DNA of 64,000 nucleotides from Schmidtea polychroa (Eukaryota): NCBI GenBank assembly GCA_044892525.1, contig CM097887.1, positions 37,386,001 to 37,450,000 of the forward strand, read 5' to 3'. Shown piece by piece: positions 50,801 to 62,250 of this stretch (position 1 is its first letter; each line of letters starts with the position of its first letter). The notes under the pieces were generated by a model. It saw only the letters and a program-made list of their open reading frames with translations, ran no database searches and was not told where the DNA came from. The position numbers and the translations under genes were made by a program.

Positions 50801-51786
50801 TAAAACTCTGAAAATATTTCGTAAAAATAGCTGAAAATCGCGAAAAATAATAAAAAATTTGTGACAAAACATTGAAAATTATGAATAATGAAAAATTTTA
50901 TTTGACGTACATAACATTTTTGGTGACATACATTAAAATACTAGGAATTTTAGATAAAAATTTTACTAGAGACTTTATTCTGAATTGTATTTAACAAGTG
51001 CAAGTTAAGATTTTAAATCATCTTTCTAAGACCTCAACAATACTTTGTTAATCCGTTGAAGTTATTCTTATTTTCTCGAATTCCAAAATTCTTAACGTTC
51101 TTCGATGTATTTATCTGACAATTTTAACTGAAAGACAACCCTATTTTTTTGCATATTTATGTATAATACAGCACATTTTGTTTTATTTTGATTCTGGATT
51201 TACCCAGGTCAGTTTTTCAGATTCTATTTAATAAAATAATAATAATAATAAAAATAAATGAATACGTTTGGCATGAAAATATTTACTAGTGTTGGGATAA
51301 TTCAAACTAAATTATGGGCAAATTAAAATTGGAATAGCGTAAGAAATATTTGGAATTAAACTCGAATTAATAAAATGTAATTAGAAAAGAAATTGTGAAG
51401 AAATAAATAATATTTATTTCCTACTACATTTACTGTATTTCAAATTCTGCATCTTTTGGATAAACACTATATATAAAAAAATAATATTCATTAATTATGA
51501 TTTAATTTGATTATCACAGAAATACACAGGGAAAGTGGGTGAAGAGATCTATGTAACAAATAACAATAATGAATTAGATATGATCGTTAATCAATTTTGT
51601 GCTAAATTTATATAAAATAATTAATCTTTCAGTCTGAGTGAATGGCGGTTTCAAAAGTATTTTCAATTTTATTAAATTCAAATCAATGTTTTAAACGGCT
51701 TCATTTGTCAAATTTTAATAAATTTCAATTTTTAATGTAATATAAACTCAAATAATCTTGTTCAATATTCGAATTGCTCGAATCGC

Positions 51787-54700
51787 CTACGGAAATTCAG
51801 ATGATCTTGCAATAAATCCATATTTTATAAGTAATTTATAAAATTTGTAAAAAACTAAAAATTCCTCAGAAAATTTTGTTAATTCTCTTTTTATAAATGG
51901 TGACAGATTGGCTATGAGCCTTTGATTTGTTTTGCTAAACAGCACTTGACAATTTCCTTCGGTGACATAGTCAGGAAATTTCCAACACAAGAAATCTATT
52001 GAATAGTCTGTAACGAAAAGCTTTTTCGAATCACCTACAAGAAACTCCAATGTCGATATGACACTCGTAATTCGTGTTTGACACTTGGTTTTTTGATTTT
52101 CGTAATAGCTTTTCGCCTCAGTTGACAAATTCATTTCTAATAATTTATTATAATATCTAACAGATTTTTTCAAGAGGAAAATGTCAAAAGTTAGAACACC
52201 AATTCTATTGTAACTCATGGCAAGAAATTTTACAGTTTCAATATTCACATATTCTGATATTCCTTCAGTTACGTCATCTTTCATAGAAATTACTTTTAAT
52301 GCATTTTTTGAAATAGGTTCTCTTTTCTTCAATTTACAAAATTTAATAGACATTTTAAAATCAATCAAAGCTTCATCAAAAGACCCTTGGCTTTTATTCT
52401 CCATATTATCAAGGTAGCACGTGATGCCTAAATTACAAAATATTCTTGATAGGCAGTGATATGAACTCAATTTGTTTAAATTATATTTCTCTTGTAATGA
52501 TAAAGATTTTTCTAAATATTGTATTTTCAACTTTGAATCGACATCCTCATTGCAAATTACATATGAATCTGATAGCTTTTCAGCGGTTTCAATTAGCTGC
52601 TGGTCAACATCATGCAACCGTTCGATTAGATTATCTGCTGCTCCTACTGCTAGATCGAAAAAAATTTCAGCATCAAGCAGTACATGATATTTATTTTCAT
52701 TAAAAAGGAAATAACACAAATATCCTTTACAAAAACAAATGTATATATAACAAACAATTCTATCTCTTTTCAAATCGGCATTTAGCTTTCCTATCGTTTC
52801 ATTGGACAATTTTATTATATACTTTAACGAATCAATATTATATGAAAACTTCTGTAAACTTTCTGCCATTATGATTTTGCACCTGATGAAATAAATTACA
52901 ATTTTCTCTAATAAATATCCATGCGGATTGTTTTCTTTGTAATATATAATATTGTTTTCCATTAACTTTTCCATTTCCTCCACACATTTAACAGCGAGAC
53001 GAAAATATTTCTCAATTTCCAGTCTATCTAAACACATAAAAGCGATAGTTTGAATAAACATAACAGATTTGATAGTATCATCATTATATTCTTTAAGTTT
53101 TTCTATTTTTTCAATAGCTCTATCAGTCTGCCCGTCTTCCCAAAGTGCAATTGCCAAATAGTATCCAATTTCGAAATTGTCAGAAATCAAAATTGCTTGA
53201 TCACAAATTTCAATAACTTTTTTATAATTGAGTTGAAGGATATGTAAGTAACAAATATCAACATAAACGTAACTGATTTCCTTTATTATTATTTCATTTT
53301 TGCATGAAATTGCATGTTGGTAATTTATTTTCGATAGCAACAATTCTAGGATTTCTGTCGCATTTTGATATTGACCAATTAATCGATAAACATGAGCTAA
53401 ATTTGCATTGATTTGAAATAGAAATTGATTCATTCCACAAGCAGCATTATAATCATTTGATGTATCATTATTAGTTGAAACCGCATTCAGTAAGTCAAGA
53501 GCTTTTTGTAAATATTCAATTGCACGTTTATACAGACCAATATCAGTAAATAAGTTGCCTAACGTGAAAGAAGTATAAACAGATAAAGGTAGAGTTTCAC
53601 TTTCATTAATATAAAATAACTTTTCCAGATAATTGCTGGCCGGTATTAAATCGTTAATAATGATTTTCCATAATTTAAAACTGTCAAATGACCAAATATT
53701 GTGCGCCAATCCTTCGTTTCTAGAACGCCTAGCTGATCGTCCGGCTTCACTCAATATTTCCGATGAGATGCATCTGCTGACAAACCATTTCTCGTCAGGC
53801 AAATTCAAACTGTGATAATTACATAGGCCCAAGTTTACCAAATCTCGAACAAATTGTCCGATAGCCAACACGATATGCTCACAAATATGCATTTTTTGAA
53901 TCTCTGTTAATTCGATATTGTTTTCAGTTGATTCCAAATAAACCATTTCTTCATTGATTTCTTTAATGAAAGTTAGTAATTTGGATCTAATTTTTGGTTC
54001 ATTGTATTTAATAATAATATTTTTATTAGAATAATTTAATTCATCCGGATAAAAGTTTCTGTCTGAGAGTTCTAATTGGTTTATTTTCGATCGATATTGC
54101 TGATTGAATGATGCTAATTTCTTTTCGATTTCATTGCTGTCAATTTGACTATAGGTAAGAATTTTGTAAGATTTCCACAACAAATCATCAATCAATGATT
54201 TCATTTCCACTTCATTATTTTTAGAAATCAGTTTTTCTTTTTTAACTTTTTCGGATTTCTTACCTTTCATATTTTTATCCATAGAATTTATAAATTTCTT
54301 AAGGTTATTTTTATTGGAAATACTCAATGATTCTGGGTAGTTAGATCTGTCATGCGCATCCAGTCGATTTAATAAACTTTGATATTCATCATTTAATTTT
54401 GTTACCTGACTGTCATCTTTGGTCTTCGATCCCATTCGTTCGATAACCCTAAAACCTTTGGAAATGGTTTTATTAATATTGATTTTAATTAATTCAATAT
54501 TTTTTTCAATTATTAAATCAGGCTTTGATTTGTTTTTCAGATAATTCAATATAACTTTAGTCGATTCAATCAAATTTTCGGAATTGTCATAATGGAAATT
54601 TATTTGAAAATCATCAGTAATGATATTCTCCAAATGATGTTTAATATTAATAATGCTATCATTAAGCATTGATAACTGATTTTCATTATCTGCAAAAATT

Positions 54701-56010
54701 TTAATTTTTACATGAAAATGAACAATTAAATTTCTTATATTCATGAGATCTTGAAATCCAATAAATAATTTATTGGATTTTAAATTAATTGATTGACTCT
54801 CTAAATATTCATTCAATAATTGACCAATCACAGTCAGAATTCGAGCAATAAAATATCGATCTTCTTTCACAATGAAATTAATATTATCGATTTTTCCAAT
54901 AATTTTTCGAATTTCCCTGAAAATCATTACATCATAATATTTACTAGCGATTATTATGATATTATCAATAAACAATCCATCCGATATTAATTCTAGTTGA
55001 TTTATTGATTCATTTCGAGTTTCTGTCAATATCAATTTATCTAATTTAATATTTAAATTGATTAAATCTCTCATGAGTACATCTTTTTCTTCTTGAGTAA
55101 TTCTAGAATAAACTATATTATCCGAACAAATTATTTTCAGTTGGAATATCTTTTCAAAATAAATGCCATTTATATTTTTTTGTTTATTCCTATTTCTCTG
55201 AATATATCCGTATTTGTTTCTAATCGATTTACTTTGAGGATCATTGTTATCGTTGTATGATATCTGTTCAGATAGATTGCCTATTTTAATCAGACAGTTC
55301 TGTAAATCGAGTTTGTTATTCAGGAAATTGGTAATCGAACTTTTCATTTCAGAAATAATATCGATATCGTTTGATGTCAATTCATTCGTTTGATTATTTT
55401 TTAACAAATTTACTGAATTCATTACAAAAGGATTTTCCAATGGAAAATCGGAAATGTTCATTGTATCACACTCTTCCTTTTTTTCATTCAACAACAGCCG
55501 CAGCGTTAACCGTTGTTTTAATATCATTTCTTCATCAATACCAACTGGCAAATTTCCCGTTTTTGCAATACTTATCAAATTGAATACGACCCATGGGCCG
55601 CAATCATAGACATTTTCCTGTTGTTTTTGAGATAAATTTTTTATTGGGTTTATTCCTTTGTTTGCGAGAACGGTTAATAGAGTTTCGTTGACATTTTCAC
55701 CAAACGAATCCACATATAAAGCTTCAAACGAATTGTCTGGATTAATATGCATTACTAATCCAACCCAATGTGAACCTTCATATATTCCATCGATAACATT
55801 TCCTATATTTATTGGGATAACCGCAGATTTTATAAGTTTATCCTTTCCAAGTAAATCCTTACAAGCCCTACTGATTATGTGACTCTGATGTAACGCATCA
55901 GAACTAGCGGCATCACACACAATAACTTTATCTTTGCATTCGAATTTCAACAATAAATCAACATCAAAATAATTGTACCAATATTCTCTATTGAAAACAT
56001 TGTAACTCAT
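51787..56010 (-). CDS. 1407-aa multidomain protein: CE-clan (Ulp1/C48-like) protease + tandem DUF86-like HEPN domains + TPR array
   Basis: Uninterrupted ORF. Triad H81 (HWVG), D101 (YVDSFG), Q131/C137 (QENVYDCGPW). HEPN motifs ILTVIGQ...R426-NLIV-H431 and IVLAIGQ...R764-NEGLA-H770-NIWSFDSFKLW. TPR-like helices from about residue 805 (LGNLFTDIGLYKRAIEYLQKAL, LAHVYRLIGQYQNATEIL, LAIALWEDGQTDRAIE). Confidence 0.8.
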   Translation of the reverse strand: MSYNVFNREYWYNYFDVDLLLKFECKDKVIVCDAASSDALHQSHIISRACKDLLGKDKLIKSAVIPINIGNVIDGIYEGSHWVGLVMHINPDNSFEALYVDSFGENVNETLLTVLANKGINPIKNLSQKQQENVYDCGPWVVFNLISIAKTGNLPVGIDEEMILKQRLTLRLLLNEKKEECDTMNISDFPLENPFVMNSVNLLKNNQTNELTSNDIDIISEMKSSITNFLNNKLDLQNCLIKIGNLSEQISYNDNNDPQSKSIRNKYGYIQRNRNKQKNINGIYFEKIFQLKIICSDNIVYSRITQEEKDVLMRDLINLNIKLDKLILTETRNESINQLELISDGLFIDNIIIIASKYYDVMIFREIRKIIGKIDNINFIVKEDRYFIARILTVIGQLLNEYLESQSINLKSNKLFIGFQDLMNIRNLIVHFHVKIKIFADNENQLSMLNDSIINIKHHLENIITDDFQINFHYDNSENLIESTKVILNYLKNKSKPDLIIEKNIELIKININKTISKGFRVIERMGSKTKDDSQVTKLNDEYQSLLNRLDAHDRSNYPESLSISNKNNLKKFINSMDKNMKGKKSEKVKKEKLISKNNEVEMKSLIDDLLWKSYKILTYSQIDSNEIEKKLASFNQQYRSKINQLELSDRNFYPDELNYSNKNIIIKYNEPKIRSKLLTFIKEINEEMVYLESTENNIELTEIQKMHICEHIVLAIGQFVRDLVNLGLCNYHSLNLPDEKWFVSRCISSEILSEAGRSARRSRNEGLAHNIWSFDSFKLWKIIINDLIPASNYLEKLFYINESETLPLSVYTSFTLGNLFTDIGLYKRAIEYLQKALDLLNAVSTNNDTSNDYNAACGMNQFLFQINANLAHVYRLIGQYQNATEILELLLSKINYQHAISCKNEIIIKEISYVYVDICYLHILQLNYKKVIEICDQAILISDNFEIGYYLAIALWEDGQTDRAIEKIEKLKEYNDDTIKSVMFIQTIAFMCLDRLEIEKYFRLAVKCVEEMEKLMENNIIYYKENNPHGYLLEKIVIYFIRCKIIMAESLQKFSYNIDSLKYIIKLSNETIGKLNADLKRDRIVCYIYICFCKGYLCYFLFNENKYHVLLDAEIFFDLAVGAADNLIERLHDVDQQLIETAEKLSDSYVICNEDVDSKLKIQYLEKSLSLQEKYNLNKLSSYHCLSRIFCNLGITCYLDNMENKSQGSFDEALIDFKMSIKFCKLKKREPISKNALKVISMKDDVTEGISEYVNIETVKFLAMSYNRIGVLTFDIFLLKKSVRYYNKLLEMNLSTEAKSYYENQKTKCQTRITSVISTLEFLVGDSKKLFVTDYSIDFLCWKFPDYVTEGNCQVLFSKTNQRLIANLSPFIKRELTKFSEEFLVFYKFYKLLIKYGFIARSSEFP

Positions 56011-56929
56011 TTCTGTTGGTAAAATTATTCAAAAACTAAAAGAGAAAATATTTCACAATTAACATCCTCATTTTAATATAAAATTAAGTTTAATTTAAAT
56101 ATTACATTTTAAGCAAACAAATTTAATTTATTCATTATAACACGACATAGAGTTTTAATTGAATATTAAATATTTTATAATTTTTTGTTACAAAATGCGT
56201 TTAACCTAAGCCATGTACAAATGTTGTATTATGAATATTTAATAATATTAATTTATAGGATCTACAAAAAAATGGGGGAAACCTCTAAAAAAATTATATT
56301 AGGATAGACCACAACAAAATTGATAGAATTAATTGGCTCATGCTTTGAAAGGCGTCAGTTTTATAATTTTAAAGGTTCTCACCAATTTGAGAAAACAGTC
56401 GCTATCATACGTCAAAGACATTTAGCTATACATAAAAACCTCAGTAAATTACCACATCAAATAAATAAATGGATATTAAAAGAAGAATACAGAAAATATT
56501 GATGTTAATATTTTAAATATTTCTACTTTTATTTTAAATATGTCTAGATTTTTTTTATAATTGTATTGCCAAACACATGAGAACTTCTNNNNNNNNNNNN
56601 NNNNNNNNNNNNNNNNNNNNNNNNNNNNNNNNNNNNNNNNNNNNNNNNNNNNNNNNNNNNNNNNNNNNNNNNNNNNNNNNNNNNNNNNNNNNNNNNNNNN
56701 NNNNNNNNNNNNNNNNNNNNNNNNNNNNNNNNNNNNNNNNNNNNTTTTTATAATTATTAATCTTTTTTAGAAACAATTCAAAATTTCTATACAACCACTC
56801 GCATCGCCTCTCCTTTTTGAGTTCTTTCTTACCTCAGGTGGTAATAGTATGTCCTAAAAGTTCCAATGACTTATTTTTTCCACATTTATCAATAAAAAAA
56901 TTTATGATTTTTAAAAAGAAATCACCTAG

Positions 56930-57600
56930 AGATGCAAAATATCTTACAATTCTTTTATCTTTGCACTAATACGAAAATCCTACCAAACGACCACACCTTC
57001 CAACAATTGTCGATTTTTTATGTTTCTTTACAATTTAGACAAAGACTCTTAAGGGATAACGATGATACATGTCATACTGACTGTAGTCAATATATCTCTC
57101 TCGTGTCACTTGTTACTCAGCGTAGTTTATTCTTAGAGACAGGTAGCGCTCCCAACACTTGCTTGTTATTGATTGTATTTCTCAAACAAACACATCTCTT
57201 TTTGTATGAAAGCACAAATTCCTATGTCACTTTTTTTCACAAAACTATTACAATCACTTGACAGGAAAATAGTAAACGCTCTTTTAAAAAGACTTTTACA
57301 AACCTTCCACAACTGAACTTTTTGACTCCTATTTTCGAACACAACCATTCGGCAATTTATTCCCTTCCTTGTTTTTTTAAAGAAAGCTCAAAACGAGCTC
57401 GAAAGGATACACTCAAGCTCATTTTCAAACACGACAATACTACGCAAATGTTTTAATTCGGTTTTACCACCCACTGTTCATGCAATACTTACCGAATGAG
57501 ATAAAACAAATTTAGACGAATTTGCAACTACTGCCGATTGGTTAATGACAAATCGTTCAGAGTCTTCAGTAGCATCGGTTCACAACACTGACCCACGTAG
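56930..57600 (+). mobile_element. Decayed Gypsy (CsRn1-like) gag relic
   Basis: LPPTVHAILTE*DKTNLDEFATTADWLM matches the LPxxVxxILxxxxxxxLDxLAxxADxI gag motif. The start coordinate is approximate. Confidence 0.4.
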
Positions 57601-59334
57601 CAGCATTACAAATAGAAGTAGTTTCCCAACGCCGATAACGAAGTTTAGTTAAAAATTACCTCAATGACATAGAGACAAATGATTTCAATCTAGAGGCAAA
57701 TTAATCTGAGAAGTATATTAAAAATTTAAAGATTTCTCCCTGGAATGCTGCATAGATTGTAAATGGCTGAATAATGACGATCTCGAAATCATTTTAATTA
57801 GTATTTTTCATTCGATATTTAAAGAGAAAGCTCAAACATGTTTAGATGGTTACACTTCTAAGGAAAACTTTAAAATCTTTTGGGGATTCCGCTAAACAAA
57901 AAATATATATCTTGCGGCATTTTTAGTTTCCAAACTTCCAATCGCATAACTATAACAATCTCCTTGAACCTTTAATTTTAATCAAAATGTACTTATATAT
58001 AAATATAAAATTGATAGATGTAGCTCCAATTTCTATTTCGGCTTTTTCTGTCTTGCATGCGCCAATTTTCCCGGGTTTTTCAATGAAATATTTGGGAATA
58101 TAAGATTAAAAACAAACTGAGACTTTTTTTCAAAATTTCTGTTAAATATTTTTCTTATTACAAATATTTTTAAACAAGATATTAATTTTTATGAATTTAT
58201 AAATTAATAAATGACTTGAGAAAATGGCACCTGAAAAAAACATTTTATAAATTAGAATATAATGATTATAATCCGTATGTTCAATTTATTGTAAGGAAGA
58301 AATTTTTAGTCACAACGAGTAAGTATTTTTGTTAAATTTATGTGACATATATTCCTTGATGTTTATATTTTTTATAACTTTCATATTTTCAATTAATTGA
58401 AATTTCTGATATTATTTGGCCAGGTCATATAGAATAAATCCTTATATATTTCATATTTAAATATTAATAATATATGGACTTCAGAAAAACCTCAATTAAA
58501 CTTCTCACTGTGGGACAGCTTAATGGTGAAGCGATATTTATGACAGAATCAAAAAAAGAAGTAAAGTAGCAGAAATCTTATGGTGAGCTTATTTTCCCTA
58601 GCGCTTATACGATTCATAGAACTCAAAAGGTTAAACATTAAAATTCGTTAATCTATTTTCAGTGTGATATATAATTCTACAATTTCAGAGTTGAAAATTT
58701 ATTCGAGTAAAAAACAGGGATTCGGAGCGGTATTTAAAAAACGCTCCGCCACAGATACCGCTCCATTAATAAGCGCTTCTGCTCCGCTCCTTTCAACAAA
58801 ACAAATGCTCCGTTGGAAAATCAAACGAAAAGAAGTTATTTGAGTATTTGAATAAAGTTGTGAAGAAGGTCAAAGAAAACAACTAGCTCAAAGTTCCAGT
58901 TGATAAACCAATCAGTAATTTGTGATCTTTTAATCCGGTGTTATACACAATTGCTATTCCTCACCGAGTGTTGTAATAAGCATTGTATAGACACCAAGCA
59001 GAGTGTTGAATTGATTGTCAGTGTAAAGAGAAAGTTTATTTGTGATTATCAATAAAGATTTCTGTTGTCAAGTGTTATTTCTGAATCGCATAAATACACG
59101 TTCGGAGTCAGAGTAAAATTTAAATTTATCACCTACTCAATAACCCAACAATAATAATATTTTAATTCTCTATTTTAAGTACCCTGCAAACTTACCACAC
59201 CCATTTGCAATGAACAAATGTGTCTATAATACAGGTTGGTGTGCACAATCAATTATAGATCCGTCACTACAGTATATCATAAGGTATTTCTGATGAAATA
59301 GTTACTTTAATGAAATAATGCAAGTTATGTTTAA

Positions 59335-59560
59335 CTATTTTAGCCATTTTAGAAATGGCTTTCAAGTAATTTTTTTTATTTAAAGTAAATTTTAAGACTT
59401 GAATTTCGATCCATATCAAGGTCTTAATTATTACTTTTATCAACATTTTTATTATAAATTATAATTAAATCTCAGAGTTTTTTGGGATTTTAATAAATTT
59501 TATGAAGTTATTTGGAATTATTTCGATAAAATGTAAGTCAGATATATTTTAACTATAAAT
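59335..59560. repeat. Fragment of the arm of the 38278-40264 Tc1-like family
   Basis: tagccattttagaaatggctttca...gtaagtcagatat matches about 38400-38645 and about 61240-61440. Confidence 0.65.
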
Positions 59561-59877
59561 AAAAGTAATTAGTCGAATTTTGTTATGTTCTAATAAAAAA
59601 CTAATATTAAATTTATTAAAAATTGAAGATAAATATTACGAAATAATGTCTTTATTATCTATAGAACTCAAAGTTGAGTTATCGGAATTTTGATGAAATT
59701 TTTCTATATGCATTTTTTCAGGTGGAAAAAATTTAATATTATTTTGTTGTACTTTAATATATCACATTAGTTATCGAGTGACCTTTTTGGGCCATACAGT
59801 CTCGCCCACAACACATTGCAAAGTCAATATAGCAATTATTAAAAATAATACACATTATACTGAAACATACGCATAAA

Positions 59878-60222
59878 ATTATTGATAAAACATTGATAAT
59901 CGATAATATTCATTCATTTTATATAAAATATCAATTATTTTAGCGATAATATTGATTTTGTTTTAAATGAATAAAATTAAAAAAATTAAATCGTTAATCA
60001 GTGAAAAAGATAAAAATAATATTTATTGATAAAAATAATCAATACATAATTATTGGTAAAACATTGATAATCGATAATATTCATTCATTATATATAAAAT
60101 ATCGATTATTTTAACGATAATATTGATTTTGTTTTAAATAATTAAAATTTAAAATTAAAAAAATTAAATCGTTAATCAGTGAAAAAGATAAAGATTATAA
60201 AAAATATTTATTGATAAAAATG
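59878..60222. repeat. Two-copy tandem repeat, about 172-bp unit, AT-rich
   Basis: aaacattgataatcgataatattcattcatt...aaatcgttaatcagtgaaaaagataaa occurs twice in tandem with few differences. Confidence 0.8.
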
Positions 60223-60292
60223 TTCTAAATCAAAATTGAATAATCACTAGAACAATAAATCACATTTTGACTATTCAAATTGACTACTGAAT

Positions 60293-60689
60293 TTAACGAG
60301 TTTCCATTTCTTTCTGTTGCTGAACTACCTTTCGGTAGGCAACATTTTTGTAGGCCTTATTCATTTGTTCAAGCACGACAAACGTGATAACAGTATGAGG
60401 ACCAAGACGCAAGAAATACGGTGTAAAGCCTTTCCATAAACTAAATACTCCTTCATGTTTTGTAATTCTAATAAATGCATTCTGAATAATAAATATCATC
60501 GTCAGTCGGTAGTGAATTAAGCTATTGCGTATCTTACAATGGCACCGGAATATTCAGGGACCCCATTAACCACTGTCATGTTTTGAATTCTAGTTTTAAC
60601 AATATCGACTGGCATAGATGCAACTGTAGTTATGAAACCGCTGATCATACTGGCGCCAAAATGGACAAAGATTCCATCGTTGAAGAATT
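60293..60689 (-). CDS. SLC25A11: Mitochondrial 2-oxoglutarate/malate carrier, last two exons (60538-60689, 60293-60481)
   Basis: HFGASMISGFITTVASMPVDIVKTRIQNM and EGVFSLWKGFTPYFLRLGPHTVITFVVLEQMNKAY closely match SLC25A11. 56-nt GT-AG intron at 60482-60537. Upstream exons were not found in the window. Confidence 0.88.
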
Positions 60690-61137
60690 CTGAATACAAG
60701 ATTTTGTTTAGCCATTTGTTAACTTATTGTTAATAATTCGGGTTATCAGAAATTTGTGAAAAATGTTAAAAATAATACAAAAAATCAAAGAAAGAATTTA
60801 ATTGGAAATCATCAAAGAAAGTTATGTGATGCTGGATAGAGGTAAGTTGAAAATTATATTGAAGTCAATTTAGCTAGAAAAGATATGAGAAATTTATTAG
60901 GAAATTGTACAATTGTGTTTGTAAACTAAAGTTCAAAAATTACGGTACGTTCTGCCATAAATTAAGGTTTAATATGATAAATTATTAATTTATATATAGA
61001 GAAAATGGATATACACTTACTTGAAATAAAGACATGTTCAACAGAAAAGCCGGGAAATAATTTTGGAGAGAAAATGCAATATAAACACACAAAAATACAC
61101 ACCAAAGCCCATTTATTAAGGGATAAATTGACATTTA

Positions 61138-61872
61138 CACCATAAAAACCACTCAGATACATTTTCTATAGTGGTGGCTAGTGAGTACACTAATTGATCT
61201 ATAATTGGTGACTTAGCAATTTAATAAATCTCATTTTTCATTAGAAATGGCTTTAAGGTAAGATATTTGATTTTAAGTAAATTTTAAGGCTCGAATTTTG
61301 ATCTATATATGAGATCATTATTCAAGTTCTTAAATATTACTTTTAGTCTACATTTGTGTTATAAATTATTTTTAATTAATTTGCAGGTTTTTTAGGAATT
61401 TTATTTTATAATTATTTCGATATAATGTAAGTCAGATATATTTTTAATTATAAATAATTAAATCAATCACTAAAAATGTATTTTTCTAAAACAAATATCT
61501 GAAATTCTAATGAATATTTAACTTAATTTTAAATCAAAAATAATTCTTACGATGATATTTCGTCATTTTCATGATAATTTTACGTAGTTTCTTTAAAAAG
61601 ACATTTAAAAACGTTTTAGCGATCTTTTCCCCCTTAAAATTGTTATTATAGAAACGTATTTAAGCTGCGCATTTCTATATATCGAAAGTTTGCATGTGTT
61701 TTTAGTATGTGTGCAGTATTTCATTTTTCTACCACTTTTAAAATTTCGATAATCGAAATTGCACTATCAATGAGAACATAAACGTGAAATCAAAGTAAGT
61801 ATGTTTTCTATAATGTAAAATTATTGAATTTTTTCTAGTATTATAGGAAACGTATCTGAGTGGTTTTTAGTG
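61138..61872 (-). mobile_element. Non-autonomous internal-deletion derivative of the Tc1-like element, 735 bp
   Basis: TIRs CAC(CA)TAAAAACCACTCAGATAC with TA flanks. The arms are colinear with both arms of 38278-40264, with about 38707-39848 deleted. Confidence 0.82.
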
Positions 61873-62029
61873 TAAAAAATCCAGTCAATTGCGCTTTGTC
61901 GTAATTTTAATATTAACGGTAATTATTTAATTAATTAAATGATTTTTTTTATTTAATATAAATATTTCTAAGTATTTTTTAGATTTAATTAATATTTTTC
62001 TTATTTGACATTTCTTGTAAAATGTCTTG

Positions 62030-62250
62030 TTTCATCATACATTTTCAGGTAGAACATTTTAAAGTGATGATAATAATTTCTCAAATTATTCTAATGTGAT
62101 AATTTGAGAAATTCTATCATTCTGCTTAATCGATGAGCTGAGGAAACTTTGGCCCTTACTCCATTAATAATTTTACTAAATACATTCTCGATGGGGCTTT
62201 AAAATGGGTAAGCTTCTGAGATATCCTCATGTCCAATTGTGTGCAGGTAT
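62030..62250 (-). mobile_element. Tc1/IS630-like transposase C-terminal relic
   Basis: AYPF*SPIENVFSKI...NLRNYYHH resembles PYSPFLNPIESIFSKI...NLKNYFIH of the 38.7-kb element. Confidence 0.45.

Noticed and set aside
51787-56010. Simple bacterial contamination as the source of the 1407-aa ORF
   Set aside because: It is contiguous without gaps with spliced genes and eukaryotic TEs, and has no operon context. Not fully excluded without read data.
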